A stretch of DNA of 62,750 nt, filler included, from Choristocarpus tenellus KU-1152 (taxonomy: Eukaryota > Protista > Phaeophyceae): the NCBI GenBank assembly GCA_964200185.2. It is 10 parts of 10 records of this genome, joined end to end, with 100 filler letters (N's around TTAATTAATTAA, not from the genome) between each part and the next. Parts side by side here need not be neighbours in the genome. Positions count along the whole stretch, not along the records: positions 24,327 to 28,376 come from CAXNAD020016478.1; positions 28,477 to 37,084 come from CAXNAD020004534.1; positions 37,185 to 39,985 come from CAXNAD020024638.1; 7 more parts are not named here. One strand, 5' to 3'. Both the position numbers and the translations under genes were made by a program. Numbering within the stretch: position 1 is the first letter of the stretch; every line of letters starts with the position of its first letter. This document shows, in pieces, positions 24,227 through 37,637 of the stretch. The notes under the pieces are model-generated. The model did not search any database and was not told the origin of the DNA. It worked only from the letters and a program-made list of their open reading frames with translations.

Positions 24227-26439
24227 NNNNNNNNNNNNNNNNNNNNNNNNNNNNNNNNNNNNNNNNNNNNTTAATTAATTAANNNNNNNNNNNNNNNNNN
24301 NNNNNNNNNNNNNNNNNNNNNNNNNNCTAGGGGAAGAGTGGGAGGGGGGTATGTGGGAAGGGGATGCCGAGGCTGATATGCTGGCGGGACTCCTTGAGGA
24401 GAATGATGGGTGCGGTCTAATGCTGGATGACTTAGGTGTGGGGATTGGAAAGGCGGGGGAGTTCGACCTTGATTTCACGACTGCAATGGGCATGGTAGAA
24501 AATGCTGAAGTGTCTGGGGACATCAATGTCAGGGTGGAGGAGGGGAGTGGTAGGGGAATGGCAATTGGGAGTGGGCAGCTAGTTGTTGGTGGGGAGGCGA
24601 GGCGAGGAAGTATGGGCAGGCTCACTGCAGCTGGTGCTGGGCTCCTAGGCGCTCTGTGTATGGTTGGGGTGGTTGTGAACTCTGGTATAGGGGTGAGTGG
24701 TTTCAGGGTTTTTTTAACTGGTGGTGGAAGTGGGTTGATAGGAGACAATTTGGCTTCATTCCACTGCTTGACTCCTCCGGTACAACCTGTGTGTGGCAGT
24801 ATTGTACTCATTTGATGCCTACACACAAACCTTTACCTCACTCAACATCTTTTCATTCAACATCTTTTCATTGGTACAACCTACGCATGTGATGTGCATG
24901 CACTTTTAATAATCCATGTGTTGTGTCCCACACAGTGTGATGGTGCAGGTTCCAGGCAAATATTTTTTCATACATGATTGATGTTAAGTGCACATAGACC
25001 TCACACGGTTCCTTCTGCCCTGATTCCCACCCAGACCTTAACCCATTCTTTGTAACGCATATGTATATGTGTATATATATATGTGTATATATATATATGT
25101 ATATCGACGCCCCTTGCAGAGTGATGGTGTTGGTGGTGGCAGAGAACTGGCTCTGTCGAATAACCAATTGCATCATGAAGGACATGGTCGGGCCACGGTG
25201 GGCCGAGCGCTCTCTTCCCTGGGTGAAGGAGACTTGGAAGACATTCTAGTTGGGGAGGGGGAGGGTAGGGGGGAGGGAAGCAGCGTCAGGAATCAGAACA
25301 ACACTTTTTCAGAAGTTCCTGAAGAAGGTTCTTGGGTTTTCCATCCGGTGGAGAAGTTGCCTTCTAGATGGAGGGAAGGTACTTGGAGGAGAGGGAAGGC
25401 GCCGTGGGTGTGGCAGAGGGCCCTGGATCTGTTCAGTGAGGTGAGCGTTTAGATTCATGCAGTTTCCTGTGTTTCTTTCTATCTTTTTGTGTAGGTAGGT
25501 AAGTAGGTTGGTAGGTTGTTGTTAGGTTGATTTTCTGGTTGTTGAATGGAATGCATTATCTTACGGAGTGATATTGAAGGTGCTACTTGGGCACTCACTC
25601 CCCCCTCCTCTAGCAATGGTTGCATTTTGGGGTATCTATTTATGGGATGCAGCTGGTGCATTGACCCTTTGGAGAGTGTATTTAGTGTGAAGGCGAATTT
25701 TTACGAAGTTGTTGACATTGCCGCCACTGATGTTATTTTTTGTCTTCCTTCTCTTCTGAAGGCACCATTCTTGCGTATGCTGTGTGATGTTTTAAAGGGT
25801 AGTACTGTAGTATGATTTTTATTTTAACCCCTTTTGCTCCAAGGCCTTGAGGTCCGTGGATAAACTACTTTGCACATACATGACACAAGAGACACAACAC
25901 TATCCAAAGGCACATTCAGTGCCCATGGTACGTGAGGCTTTCATTACTTTTTTATGCAATGGCTTTTGACTGAGACTGCTGCCCTTTGCTTGGCCCCTAC
26001 CCTTACCCCAGCACCTCTACCCGCCGTCTCTCCTTACTACTCCCATTCCTTGCATTGGGTCACAGCCTGCACCACCATCTGAAAGCCTTTTTCATGAACT
26101 TGAGAGTACGTTGCCCTCCGCTGTGATGGCTGAAGCTCCTAGATTCCTTGGGCGGGATAGGGGTGGGGTACCAGGAAATGAGCTCACTCGAGCGTTTTCC
26201 GCAGGCTACAGGGCTGGGGCTCTGGGCTACCACCATCTCCTTGACCATGGGGGGGAGGTGGGGGGTATGGAAGGGGAAGCTGCTAGTTCTGCAGGGGTTG
26301 GGACTGACAAGTACCCTGTTGAGGTGAGGCATTATTACTTCTGCTTGATTTTGGTTTTTATACGTTTTAAAGCCCCCTTCTAGGGGTTGGACGTTCTGTT
26401 CTGTCAAGGTTTTTTAAAAGTTTTTTTTTTTTTAATGTT

Positions 26440-27483
26440 CTGTGCAAATTATTTTCAATAGTCCATGGTGCTATTCTAGGCACATCGGAAGCGTTCAAAC
26501 CAGACCTGGCTACTTGTTGTATCAACTGGGGTCGCTCCCTCGTACGTATATATGCTGGAACGACACAACTCACTGCTTCAGCGTTGCACTCGGCAAGATG
26601 TTTTCCAGGCCATGGCTGTAGCAGCGCGAATGGCCATGAGCATTGCTCTGGATGACAAGTGTGTTGGACAGACTTAGCTGAAGTGTTCGCTGAGCAATGA
26701 TCAATGTGTAGAGCAAGTAGCCCCAAGTGTTATCCGGGGACCGGAGTGGTATGGACGAATGTGTTTGTTGTACAAGAGAGGACCTTGCGAGACAAATGAC
26801 AGATGAACGGGCATTACTACGAGCGAGTACAGCAGAGTTTTTTTTTTCCTCCCCACATACATATATATATTATTATTTTTCTTGTGAATGAAAAAAAATC
26901 TTCTCCGACCGTAGCTTTTGTCGTCTTTGATATAAAAAATAATATACATATATATATATATATATATCAAACTGATGCGTAAAGGGTTAGGGTTATAGCC
27001 GGTGGGTGAAAGGCCGATTTCTTCGGAGATGGGGGGCTCTTCATGGAATAGTGGTTTAAAAATCGGAACCCAAAAAAGTTGTTGTTGTACGCAAGAGTAT
27101 GTTTCAGAGCAGGCGTTTTCCGCATGGTGTAGCAAAGGGTGTCCTGATGTTACCCTGGTGACAATGCGGGCAGGCCTTGAGAACTTGAGGTAGGTGTCGA
27201 GTGATAAGGAGGAGATGGACTCGGTTGGGCATTGCGTAGGTAAGAACAAGTGGTATACTGCGACTGGTTTTGAGTGTTGTCATGGGCGATGGATATTTTT
27301 AGGTCCAGTATGGTTGAATGTTCAGTACGGCTGGGGTGACGTCGGTGTTGGGTGTTTCTCTTCTGGTGTGTGAAATAGTTGGCCCTGGTCCTGGACTTTT
27401 AATATATTTTTTTGGAAGAACCGTGTCAACGCTCGGACGAGGTCATTCGCATTGATTGCCCCACTCTGATGAAATGGCACGCT
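26440..27483 (-). pseudogene. Possible decayed intron-containing transposase-like gene
   Basis: Peptides DLVRALTRFFQ, VYHLFLPTQCP..ISSLSLDTYLKFSRP..HAENAC and LALHIDHCSAN loosely follow DDD-transposase motifs (LY..F...P...S..F...RP; L....D.C..N). In-frame stops present. Confidence 0.3.
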
Positions 27484-27548
27484 CTGTGTGTGTGTGTGTT
27501 TTTTTTTTTTGAATGGGTTTTTGTCGCTATTGACCAGGAGAAACTTGC

Positions 27549-27664
27549 AACAGTAGTGGTAAACAGTAGTGGTAAACAGTAGTGGTAAACAGTAGTGGTC
27601 AACAGTAGTGGTCAACAGTAGTGGTAAACAGTAGTGGTTAACAGTAGTGGTCAACAGTAGTGGT
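27549..27664. repeat. 13-bp minisatellite (AACAGTAGTGGTA/C), ~9 units
   Basis: Directly visible. Confidence 0.93.
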
Positions 27665-27932
27665 CTACAGTACCACGCCAACTACTACCGCCTTGCCCAC
27701 ATCCGATTTGAATTTGTCAGAGGTTTGGTGGTGGATTTCGGTTTGTCCCGGAGGTTTGAGATAAGGTTTCGTTGTAAGTTTGTCTCTGGTGCTACAAGTG
27801 TTTGTACGAGTGGAAGATATTGGTTGGGCTTTTGTCAAGATGGAATCTGTTTGTGGTTTGCTGTGTGTGTTGTGCATGTTCTCCTGTACCTGTGTTATCT
27901 CCTCCGATAACATAGCAACGATTTCAGTGGGC

Positions 27933-27982
27933 GTACAACAGAGTGTACAACAGAGTGTACAACAGAGTGCACAACACAGTGC
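27933..27982. repeat. 12-bp tandem repeat (GTACAACAGAGT), ~4 units
   Basis: Directly visible. Confidence 0.9.
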
Positions 27983-30023
27983 TTAAGCACTTTCGATATA
28001 ATGGTAACTCCCTCTTCTCAATGCCTCAACTGCATATTGAGGTAAAGAACGCATTGGTTGTTGTTGTTGTTGTTGTTGTTTTTGCTCATCCGTGAATGGA
28101 GAGTGTGAATGGAGAGATTGAAAACAGCGTGGTTGAAATCACGTAGAGTGGAGATTTTTTGGACAGCATGGTGACGATACGGCTTCGCCGTTTCGCCCCT
28201 ATTCATAGTCAACACCATTTCACCACCCCATCCCCTGCAAAACTTAATAAAAATAGGTGTACCAACCAAGCAAGGGGCTTGGTGGGGGGGGGGGAGAAAG
28301 AGGCAAGGAACGGGTTTGGGGAGATAAGGAGAAGGTCAGAGGTGTAGAGACACTTGCTGCCCCTGAGAGCAGCTCANNNNNNNNNNNNNNNNNNNNNNNN
28401 NNNNNNNNNNNNNNNNNNNNTTAATTAATTAANNNNNNNNNNNNNNNNNNNNNNNNNNNNNNNNNNNNNNNNNNNNACGTACATAAAATAATACTTCAAA
28501 TCATATTCTCACAAATGGTCAAGCATAATCTTGACAAGACTATTGCAAAAGAGTATTGAAGGGAGGGGGTAGGTGTTACAATGAAAATAAGGTAATCCAA
28601 CAAAAACCAATAGAATATTGTTTTTCTCAAATCTCAGCAAATAAGATCCAATCATCTCCAACCCTCATTTCCAATTCAAAGATCACATGATTCCCACTCT
28701 CTGAAATATCAAAAAATAATAGTAGCTGGCCTTACTGGCAACAACAAAGATGATGTCCTTCTAGGAAAGTAAACACACCTGAACATTCTGGGACACAACG
28801 ATTAGAGATTCCAGGCAACAACATATCGAGATATCACCAGATCGGTATGACATTATTACAATTATATCACCGTAACAGTCACATACCTTGGAAAGGTGTA
28901 ATGCCAATGCTTTATACCACCATCGGTATCTTTCACGGGTAGTCATGTCATTACCTCCAACCTCGTCACTTCAATGCTTACTTACTTCCCTCTGTACTCT
29001 TTTTTGCCCAATAACAACACCAACAAAATGTCGCCCAACCAGAAATGTTTTTGGAATGACATATTATTGCAGTGTAAAAAAAATATGAAGAAAAGAGACG
29101 AGAATTTTACCAATGAAAACAGTTTTCATTAGGGTTAGTAAAATGGAAAGTAACTCTCGTGAAAAAGGGCGTTTTTTTCTTCTCAAAAGAGACATTTATT
29201 CTATTTTTTCCCTTTTTTTGCCAACTTATTAGGAAATTTTTCACTTTCTGCCGATTTGGAAGTTGGTAGTTGGTACAGCGGTATGATGCTCCATGACACA
29301 TACCTCCACACAGTGTAAAGACTTCCACACATACCATCAACAGTTTTCTCCGTAGGCATGTCATAACTTCTACTCTGAACTAAAACCTTGCAGAAGACAG
29401 CATTGCAAACAAAGTGCTTGCCAGTATACTACGAAGTATCTTACACTCAAATCGGTCTGTAGGGTGTTACAGGAAACTGCTCACTCTGAAAAGAACAAAA
29501 CATAATTCTCACTGTGTTCCTTGTTAGGCACACACCTTCCACTGCACTACAATACCAGAGTAGGCTACTACTAATTGTGACTACTGATCTATAGCAAGCA
29601 GCACATATCGTCCTAGCAAAGACCTCCAGGGATTATATTTTTTGTTGAAACAATAGTGGAAGTGCCTGAGGTACCGAGCAGATAGTCTGCTGATTGCTTT
29701 CTAAATAGCTCAGGGGTTAAATGTTCCAACATGTGATTCTGAGGTATCACTGCACCGCTAAGGAACCGATCTTGGACCTGACCAGAACCTCAGGACCTGG
29801 TCTCTGATTTTTTCGGATGTTGTGAAAATTACTTCTAAGTAGTAGGACTATTTCTTGCTTCACACTAGTTGAGATGTCACTATTCCACCAGTGCAGGTAT
29901 AGAGTAGTCCCTTGTGGTATCATATTATCTTCACAAGCATCATCATAAGAAGGAGCACAGCATAGTCATTGTTTATCCCGGACCCTAACATCTACCCTCC
30001 AACCCAACCATATCCCCCCACAC

Positions 30024-32375
30024 CTTGTCCTCAGTAGAGATAAGTTGTGGCTCAGCTGGGCAAAGAACCACAGTGGCCACAGCCCAAAGCCCACCTTGGC
30101 TGCAAACACATGGCCCTCTGAATTTACCGGCCTGTAGACACCTGGTCAATGACGGGAGACACACTCAATGAAATAAAATATATATTGTCATAGCAACGCG
30201 TTTTTAGGCATCTAGCTGGAATAGGATAGAATCAATCATATGATGTTTTTGGGTATGTTGCCTGAATAATTCAAGCATACATACACGCATCTCTCTTAAT
30301 TTTTTTATCAGTATTGGTACAGTTGATGGGCTCTCCTCCCAGTCAAGCACAAAACAAAGCACAAAATAAAGCACAACAGAGCACCAGGGCTGAGAGCAAC
30401 CAAGGTTTGAAAACAAGTCAACTCTAACAATCTCTAAGTGATTTTTTAATTGCCGATTCTAATGCAAACCCCCAAAATTCACCTACTGCTACTCACGTGA
30501 CAAAAAAACGTTGTCAGTGTGAAAATATCCGAAGAATCATACTCAGATACACATATAGGTGAATATATACACATATACACATACGTATGAATGTACAGGT
30601 GTATGAACTAGCACAAATATTATGGAGCACCACTTGATTCCTTTAAGCGATGAAGTACTGCAGTGCAGTTTTGTTTGCATGTGCTTCCATTTATACTTCA
30701 AGTATATCCAAAAATACTTACAACTATCAACTGAGATACCAGTGGGGGGCAGCTTCACCATGATACACACAAAGTACGTGTCATAGCAGATAGTCCTCCA
30801 ACTGCTCAGCAAAGTCTCTCAGAAAAACTAACTCTCTGGTCACGCACCTTCCCCTGTTCTCTCCTCCCACCAGAAAAAAAGGGTTGGTTTCTTCAAAGGG
30901 TTAGGTCCATTACATTGCATAGGTACCATTATAATAGTAACAGAGTACATGTTCAACAGCATGTACAGACAGAGAACGACAAGATGCATATGCTTATGAG
31001 TACTTTGTTCTACGCACATACTTAAGGTACACATAGATGTGCCTATGTGTATATATAGAGGTCTTTACGTCAATAGAGTATACATTAGGATTGTTTAGGC
31101 AAGTATGGGGTTTACAGGTAGGGTATGCATTCATTGGTGCCACAAGTGCGATCTAAGAACTAATGACTAGAAGGCGTTGGTAGCAGTAGAAAAAAAAACA
31201 GTTGAGATATTCAAGGTTCAAAAGTTTCCCAGTTTCCATCTCTCTTATGTTACCAAATGGCAAAAAAATCACATCGACCCTCGTTCAATTTGGATTTGCG
31301 AATAAAAACAAGAGCTGCTTAGGACCCTCGCAGGGCGCATCATGACCATGGTGAAAAATGAAGAGAAAAATCGGTTTCAACCGGCAGCGAACCTTATGGG
31401 CAACCGCACTTTCAAAGGTATTGTGCATTCATTGTCTTTGTTCCGCCACTGGAAATGAAGTGGATTTTCTAACAACTCCTGCATTTGATTCTTTATCTCT
31501 CTACATATGTGCATATACATACATACCTCTCCATTCTTTAGATTTGCATAGAGGTGTTACGCCTGTAAACAGCATAAAATCGAGCCACACATATAAAAGA
31601 AAAAGTCGGCCAAGAGAAATAGACCCGACTCCACCAAGGTTTCTTTGCATAGACCATACACTTATCGACAAGTAGTCTCAACCTAGTTGTGAATAGTGCT
31701 CGTCACTTAGCATCCGGCACTGCCATACCTACCCCAGCACAAGTGTGCTCTCACCTAACTCACCACTCCTTATCCCTCTCGATGAGCTCTGGAGTAACCC
31801 TAGAGCTGAAAACCCCAGATACCCAGGTATTAAAACCGAGAATAGGGAGTTGCCAATAATCGTCAGACCAACCGGTTGGTTGAAGTGAAGGTCTGTGTAG
31901 ATGTACTGCACCAATACATTGGAAGCTGACCAAACAAAGGCGGTCTGAATTCCAGCGGGGCAGTATCGGTGGCTTGGGCGAATTAGAAATATTAAAGATC
32001 AAGATCATCAGCGAACAGAAGTCACGAAGCACACTGTCACAACTACAGGAGGAAAGTTGAAAACCATATATCTCTTTAGCTCCAGTCTCATGCAAACAAC
32101 ACATTAGAGTCACCAGAACTGCGGGAGTCATACGACCGAGATTGGCCTTACAAAATCCGGATTTCCACACATTTCTACTTCGACTCTTTGCATGTTGTCC
32201 CCAACATAACAATTCCAACGACCTCGACTCCTTTTTCCTTAATCCTTGCCAATCTTACCAGGACAATGAGCACGATCCCTAGTGCCCAACGCCTCGATTT
32301 CTCCGTCTCTTCTGTCTCTAAACCATCATAGTAGTCATCGCCTTGCTCGTCGACGGATTTGCAGGGTTGCGCCAT
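30024..32375 (-). CDS. SLC35F5/THI74-like DMT (EamA) family transporter, first four exons (3' partial)
   Basis: GT-AG exons 32375-32259, 31944-31764, 30890-30848 and 30131-30024 join with consistent phases: ..RRWALGIVLIVL|TAFVWSASNVLVQYIYTDLHFNQPVGLTIIGNSLFSVLIP..|ETNPFFLVGGENRG|RPVNSEGHVFAAKVGFGLWPLWFFAQLSHNLSLLRT. The TM pattern fits SLC35F. Confidence 0.82.
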
Positions 32376-34509
32376 ATTAAAAAGGGGGGACGCAACAGTT
32401 GTGGGAACAGCTCATGGGGATAGTTACTTATCTCTTTCTTACAGATTCAGAGAGTGAAAGGTGTGCGCTAACCAATAGATGGAGAATGTTGGTGCAACAA
32501 GTCTGCGACTCCAACCTAGTGTCACATCACAAGAAACCTTTGTCGATTCCAAATAACAAGACAAAAAAATCTAAATCAGAGATAAACAAAAAGTTGTAGT
32601 GAACCTTTCTGGACTGTACTTGCACTACCTCACCATATCATTCATGAACTTCTTAACGTTCAAATGAGGATCAGGGGTGGTGATCATCATCACTATTTTC
32701 ATATTCTTCTTTGAGCGTATGTGAAAAACTACTACCAAGTATTACATAATTCCTTTATACAATACACATTATCGACCAAAATAGATTACTAATCGAACAA
32801 CAATATTGATGTACACTTTTCTTACGCCATACTGTACACACTTCTTCAACAGTGCGAAGTAGCCTCTCTCTTACCACAGTAAACAGATCACATAGTGCTT
32901 TCCCGCAACACTTTCCCTCTACACACTCAATACTTCCACCAACAAACCGAGAGTAGTGCAAGTTACCATGAAATACCACCCACATCTGAAGTGGGAGGTG
33001 ACCCCTCCACGTCAGAGATCCACGCCAGAAAGATGGTTCTCTACCATTTCAGCCACAAAACAAGCACCAGTTTCAACAGGTCTTCAAGGTGTGGCATAGC
33101 GATCCGAAAAATTGCAAAATATCGATCATCTACACTTCTAGTGCAAGACAACATCTGCAAGCAAAGAAGATCAGGTGTCAAATCTTGTATACAAAGGCCT
33201 CTTCATTTTGCTTCGTGCTCAAGTTGTGCTTGAAAAAATAGCGTCGTCGAAACATCCAACAGGGTGTAGTCTTCACGATGAACCGGATGCTGACCACTCC
33301 CTGATCTGATTCACCTTATGGAAAGAAATTCATACATCGAGTGTATGGACCTTTCTGCTTGATAAATTTTAATATTGAGTGTACGGTTTTGAGCGCTTAA
33401 TGTGGATGGTGTTGATATCGTGCGGCAAAGGTCTCTGTGATTTAGGGTGATGAGAACCACCAGAGACAAGGTTCAGGACAGGAGGGAGATATGGGGCTGA
33501 GGTATGTTGGACGAGGGTTGAGAGCATCAGAATACCATGTTCCTCAATCCCCATTGCGATTAGCTGCGGTCAGGAAGAACACAACAAAACACAATATTAT
33601 AATTCCGAGATATGCTAGTTTGAATCCATGGTTCATGTCAGAGTCACCGCGAGCCAGTCATGCGTGTGAACCACACCATATCACGTTGCTCACTAGTTTC
33701 AAACACAAAACACATCTCGCGTAATGAATATTACACCTCGCGTTGTCTTACATCAAATCCTGTAGACCAGAGTAGTTAAGGGTAAATTTGAGTAGTGTCC
33801 TTAAATGTGTTGGAGATTCCAAAATGGGCTTGTCCCTGTCGTAAGAGTTTTTGGGAGGAAAAATCTCCTGGTTGTTGAAACAACTCAGAAAAACGGTCGG
33901 CTCATTAGCTATAGTCAGCCCTGGCCATCACACTCTAGTGTAAGGTATAAATATTTTGTGTTGATTTGTGGAAAGCGCAGTAAAAAAGAATGACGTGGGC
34001 ATGCTTCTCTACTATGTGGCCCTGGGGATATGAGTTGATGAAGCTAAGTACCACCGCAGCATTGGTATCTTCAAGATACCCATTGCGATTTTTTCAGGGA
34101 CAATGTCAGGAGGACTTAATGGAAAGTCGTTATCTCATTTGTTGTCACCTGGCTCAACATATTGCCCACAGAATGCTGGAAAACCAGCGGAAATTTTGAA
34201 ATGCCCACCAATATATATATACATTGCTTTCAATGTTTATTTGTAAATATTTGGAAAATGTCAAACGTTACCATTATGAAGGTTGTGCATGCTTTTGACA
34301 GGCAGGACAAACTTGTGTATAGTTTTCCAGAGTTACAGCTACTTTTCTGCTCCACTAACCTGAGTTTTCTGATGGATACTCTGAAAGTACATCTTTTGTT
34401 TGATTGTGTATGTGGGTATGTATGTTTGGCCACACATTGTTGCTACAGTCTTTCGGTGATATCCTTTCTGTTGCCTTTCTTGGCACCTTGTTATGCATCC
34501 AACTTCATA

Positions 34510-34731
34510 CAGGTGTTGCAAAGGAACATGAGGAACTGCACAATATTTGGGTCCAGCCTGTTCTGTCATGAGGTCGCAACACTCCCAGCTGCTGAGAACA
34601 TGTACCCTGGTCTGCTTGTGTACAGGTAATGGTCGAAATGTCGCAGTCAAGTTTGGCAAGGCCTTGATATTTTGAGATACTTTCCCATCACCTCTTGGGT
34701 GAGTTGTTGCAACTTTCCACTTCCCATATCA
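34510..34731 (-). mobile_element. hAT transposase remnant (C-terminal dimerisation domain); may extend past the MITE to ~35320
   Basis: WESISKYQGLAKL.. then YMFSAAGSVATS*QNRLDPNIVQFLMFLCN fits the hAT consensus WW..YP.LAKLA..ER.FS.AG......RNRL.P..V..L.FL. Confidence 0.75.
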
Positions 34732-34910
34732 GACCCAAAGTATCTGGGAGGGGGAGGGGGTCTACACTAGGGTGTCCATTTGGACCAAAATCAGGAAAAG
34801 TGCATTGACAGTATCCATCCGGCGTATGCAACCAAATCACCCAAGAATCGTGAAATGAAAAAATTTACCCCAATTGGACTGCCGCTACCCCCTCCCAGAT
34901 ACTTTGAGCC
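34732..34910. mobile_element. MITE family B, complete copy
   Basis: GACCCAAAGTATCTGGGAGGGGG ... CCCCCTCCCAGATACTTTGAGCC; no TSD recognisable (ATCA/TTTG). Confidence 0.9.
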
Positions 34911-37059
34911 TTTGCTTTAGCCACAGACAGGGCGAACGATAGAAGTCGGCACGATTTGGTCAAAGGCTTACCTCCATCTTCTACCTCAACAAGACGAAGT
35001 CGACATATGGCTAAAAGGCGCACCAAGTTTGCTTTCATCATGCCTCTAGTCAAGACTGCTTCACGTCAATAACTGACGATTGCAGGTATACGTAATGCCA
35101 CTCGTTAGTTCCCAGAGGAATCCACTCATACCTTTCCGGAACTCACGGAGGACCTCCAGATACTCAATCTACTGTAGTGTCTCGTACGATGTTAGCCTTA
35201 ATAGAAATGAATCTCAGATACCTGGCAGCGATGCAGCACTCGAAACTTTCTACACTATCCACGAGAAGCCCAACCGTTTAGGATGTTGCAGAGTCTATGC
35301 AAAAGAGAGTACTCAAGTAGAGTATTTTACTTTGTGTGGTATGGATGTGTTTATTAGCGGAGTGAGCACAGCCCTCGGTGGTGGGGGTGTGCTCTCTCTT
35401 ATTATCTTACTGTTTATTACATATATCAGTTGACACACACATCAGCTGACACATCAAAACGTGTCCTGCCGTTACATCGTACTATGTCACTTATTCTGTG
35501 TAGCTAGTACTATGTCAGAACTCCTCCATCATCCATACTTTATTTTTTTTCCTCTTTTCTATTTTGTAACAACTCTCTGCGATCTTGAATACTTCTGTTT
35601 TTCCACGGTTATGTATTTTTAGTTCTCATCCCATCATCCTCTGATTCTTAAATTTCATTTTCTTTTCATAGTTGTTACCCTCCTTATTTACTGACTTTTC
35701 TTCTTTTCTTCCCTTTTACCTTTTTGTGCTTTATTTTATTTTATTTACCATTCAGTTTCCACTTTGTTACCCCCATCATCCACACATTTTTTTTATTATT
35801 TATTTTCTATTTATTGCTCATTTTATCTTTATCTCTTCTCTTTATTTATTATTAGTACTATTTGTTTCTCTCATTGGCTCTTCTTTATTTATTTTATTTT
35901 ATTTTTTTATATACTTTTATTGCCTGTTTTGCACACCAGCAGCCTTGAATATGCTTTGTGCATGGGGACCATAGGACAGGCAATAATCAGATGCTGTGTA
36001 GGTCATGAATAATATAACTCTAATCCTTGATAGCACTTACATTTATAAAACCGGGAAGATTGGAATGGAAAATACATATGAATTGTATGCCTAATCATAG
36101 CTATGTATTTTGTAACTTTTGAAGGTCCAGTTCAAAAGAAACAAGATATACTCGGACTAGGCCAGGGGCAATCTGACTCTAATGTTATTCTGTGACCTTG
36201 GAAAATTTTCCCAGGGTAGACAAGGATATTTGCCGATCTGTTTTTGAGGCTAGTTGGAGTTATGTATATTTTCACAATAAAAGTATATACTCTTATCTGG
36301 TCAGACATATATTGATCTTGACCGTGCCTTACGACTTTTGAGGATCCGTTCTCGAAGGAAGCCAGAGGATTGCGAATCATTGTTGGAATCCATAGGCTAA
36401 TCTGGAACTGGAGTCCCTATTTTGGAGAAAACAGAAATAGTAGGAACTGAAGTCCCTATGTTACCGAATGGCAATTATGCATGCCACCGCAGCATGATCT
36501 AAGGTGATGGACATTTATTATCCAGATAATGATTATTGCCTGTGGAAAACATGGAACAGGTAGTCCCTGCATGGAGCATAGGATAGCAAACGTTGGCACC
36601 TTGAAGTGACTTACATCAGAACAGATAGCAATTTACGTAAGATGTTTTGCATTTAAAAAATATATATATATCACCCCACACTGTCCCCTTACTCTCTCCG
36701 TGCGTTGGTAGATTCAGAACTACAGTGTACCCCTCCCTCACATAATGAACCGAGTCTAGGTGTAGCACAAAAATGTTACTTCAGGGAACAGTTGATGCCA
36801 CACTCTCAGGAATATTTTCAGCTCTGCAAGATTGCCACATGGGACCTTATAATCGAGACTTAGGCGTTTGGGGTTGGTTATCACTCAGTAGTTCCCAGGA
36901 TCAAAGTATGCCAGTGTATAAACTCCCTCCCTCTGTTTAGATGATCCCAGATAAAACACCTAGAAGTAAACCCGACACGCACCCCACAGAAACTCAATCC
37001 CTCGCTTAACGCCTCTGACACTTTTGGTTGGCAACCTTTAGACTCTACCCTCGAAGACA

Positions 37060-37084
37060 GGCTCAAAGTATCTGGGAGGGGGTG
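37060..37084. mobile_element. MITE family B terminus at contig end
   Basis: GGCTCAAAGTATCTGGGAGGGGG followed by the spacer. Confidence 0.75.
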
Positions 37085-37184
37085 NNNNNNNNNNNNNNNN
37101 NNNNNNNNNNNNNNNNNNNNNNNNNNNNTTAATTAATTAANNNNNNNNNNNNNNNNNNNNNNNNNNNNNNNNNNNNNNNNNNNN

Positions 37185-37248
37185 AAACCGGGACATGAAA
37201 GAATTGACCCCAAATGGACAGCCGCCCCCCCCCCCCCCCACCCCCCCC
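37185..37248. mobile_element. MITE family B fragment at contig start
   Basis: ATGAAAGAATTGACCCCAAATGGACAGCCGCC followed by poly-C. Confidence 0.75.
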
Positions 37249-37384
37249 TGCCCCTCCTTAAGCAGCATGTACGCACTATGTGACTCGCTGCTTTTTATTT
37301 TTATTCTCTTTTCCTACGACTTCTCCTCCTCCTCCTCCTCTTCCTCTTCCTCTTCCTCTGTTTTATTTTTCAGAACAGAGCATT

Positions 37385-37455
37385 CATTGTTTCACTCCCA
37401 TGTAACAGCTGTTTAACCATTGTTTCACTCTCATATAACAGCTGTTTAACCATTT
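37385..37455. repeat. 33-bp tandem duplication
   Basis: CATTGTTTCACTC(C/T)CAT(G/A)TAACAGCTGTTTAAC x2. Confidence 0.85.
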
Positions 37456-37600
37456 GGCTGTCCACTACTTGAGTAGCCTATGGTGGGTGGAGGTGCTCGC
37501 ACCCTACTCAGTCTGACCTCCCCCAATGTTGACAAGAGTGCAGCCTTACAGTTACAGCGCCTTTTATGCCTCTCTGGAATGAACCAAACCGATTGAGAGG

Positions 37601-37637
37601 TAGGGTTAGGGTTAGGGTTAGGGTTAGGGTTAGGGTT
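37601..37637 (+). repeat. Interstitial (TTAGGG)~6
   Basis: Directly visible, internal to a contig. Confidence 0.9.

Noticed and set aside
24351-24815. 154-aa Gly-rich plus-strand ORF
   Set aside because: Probably the antisense shadow of the Pro/Ser-rich minus-strand frame.
35540-36012. Hydrophobic 'membrane protein' ORFs (35672-35974, 35764-36012)
   Set aside because: T-rich low-complexity DNA that translates to F/L/I by composition alone.
37601-37637. True telomere
   Set aside because: Only ~6 units, with ordinary sequence on both sides.
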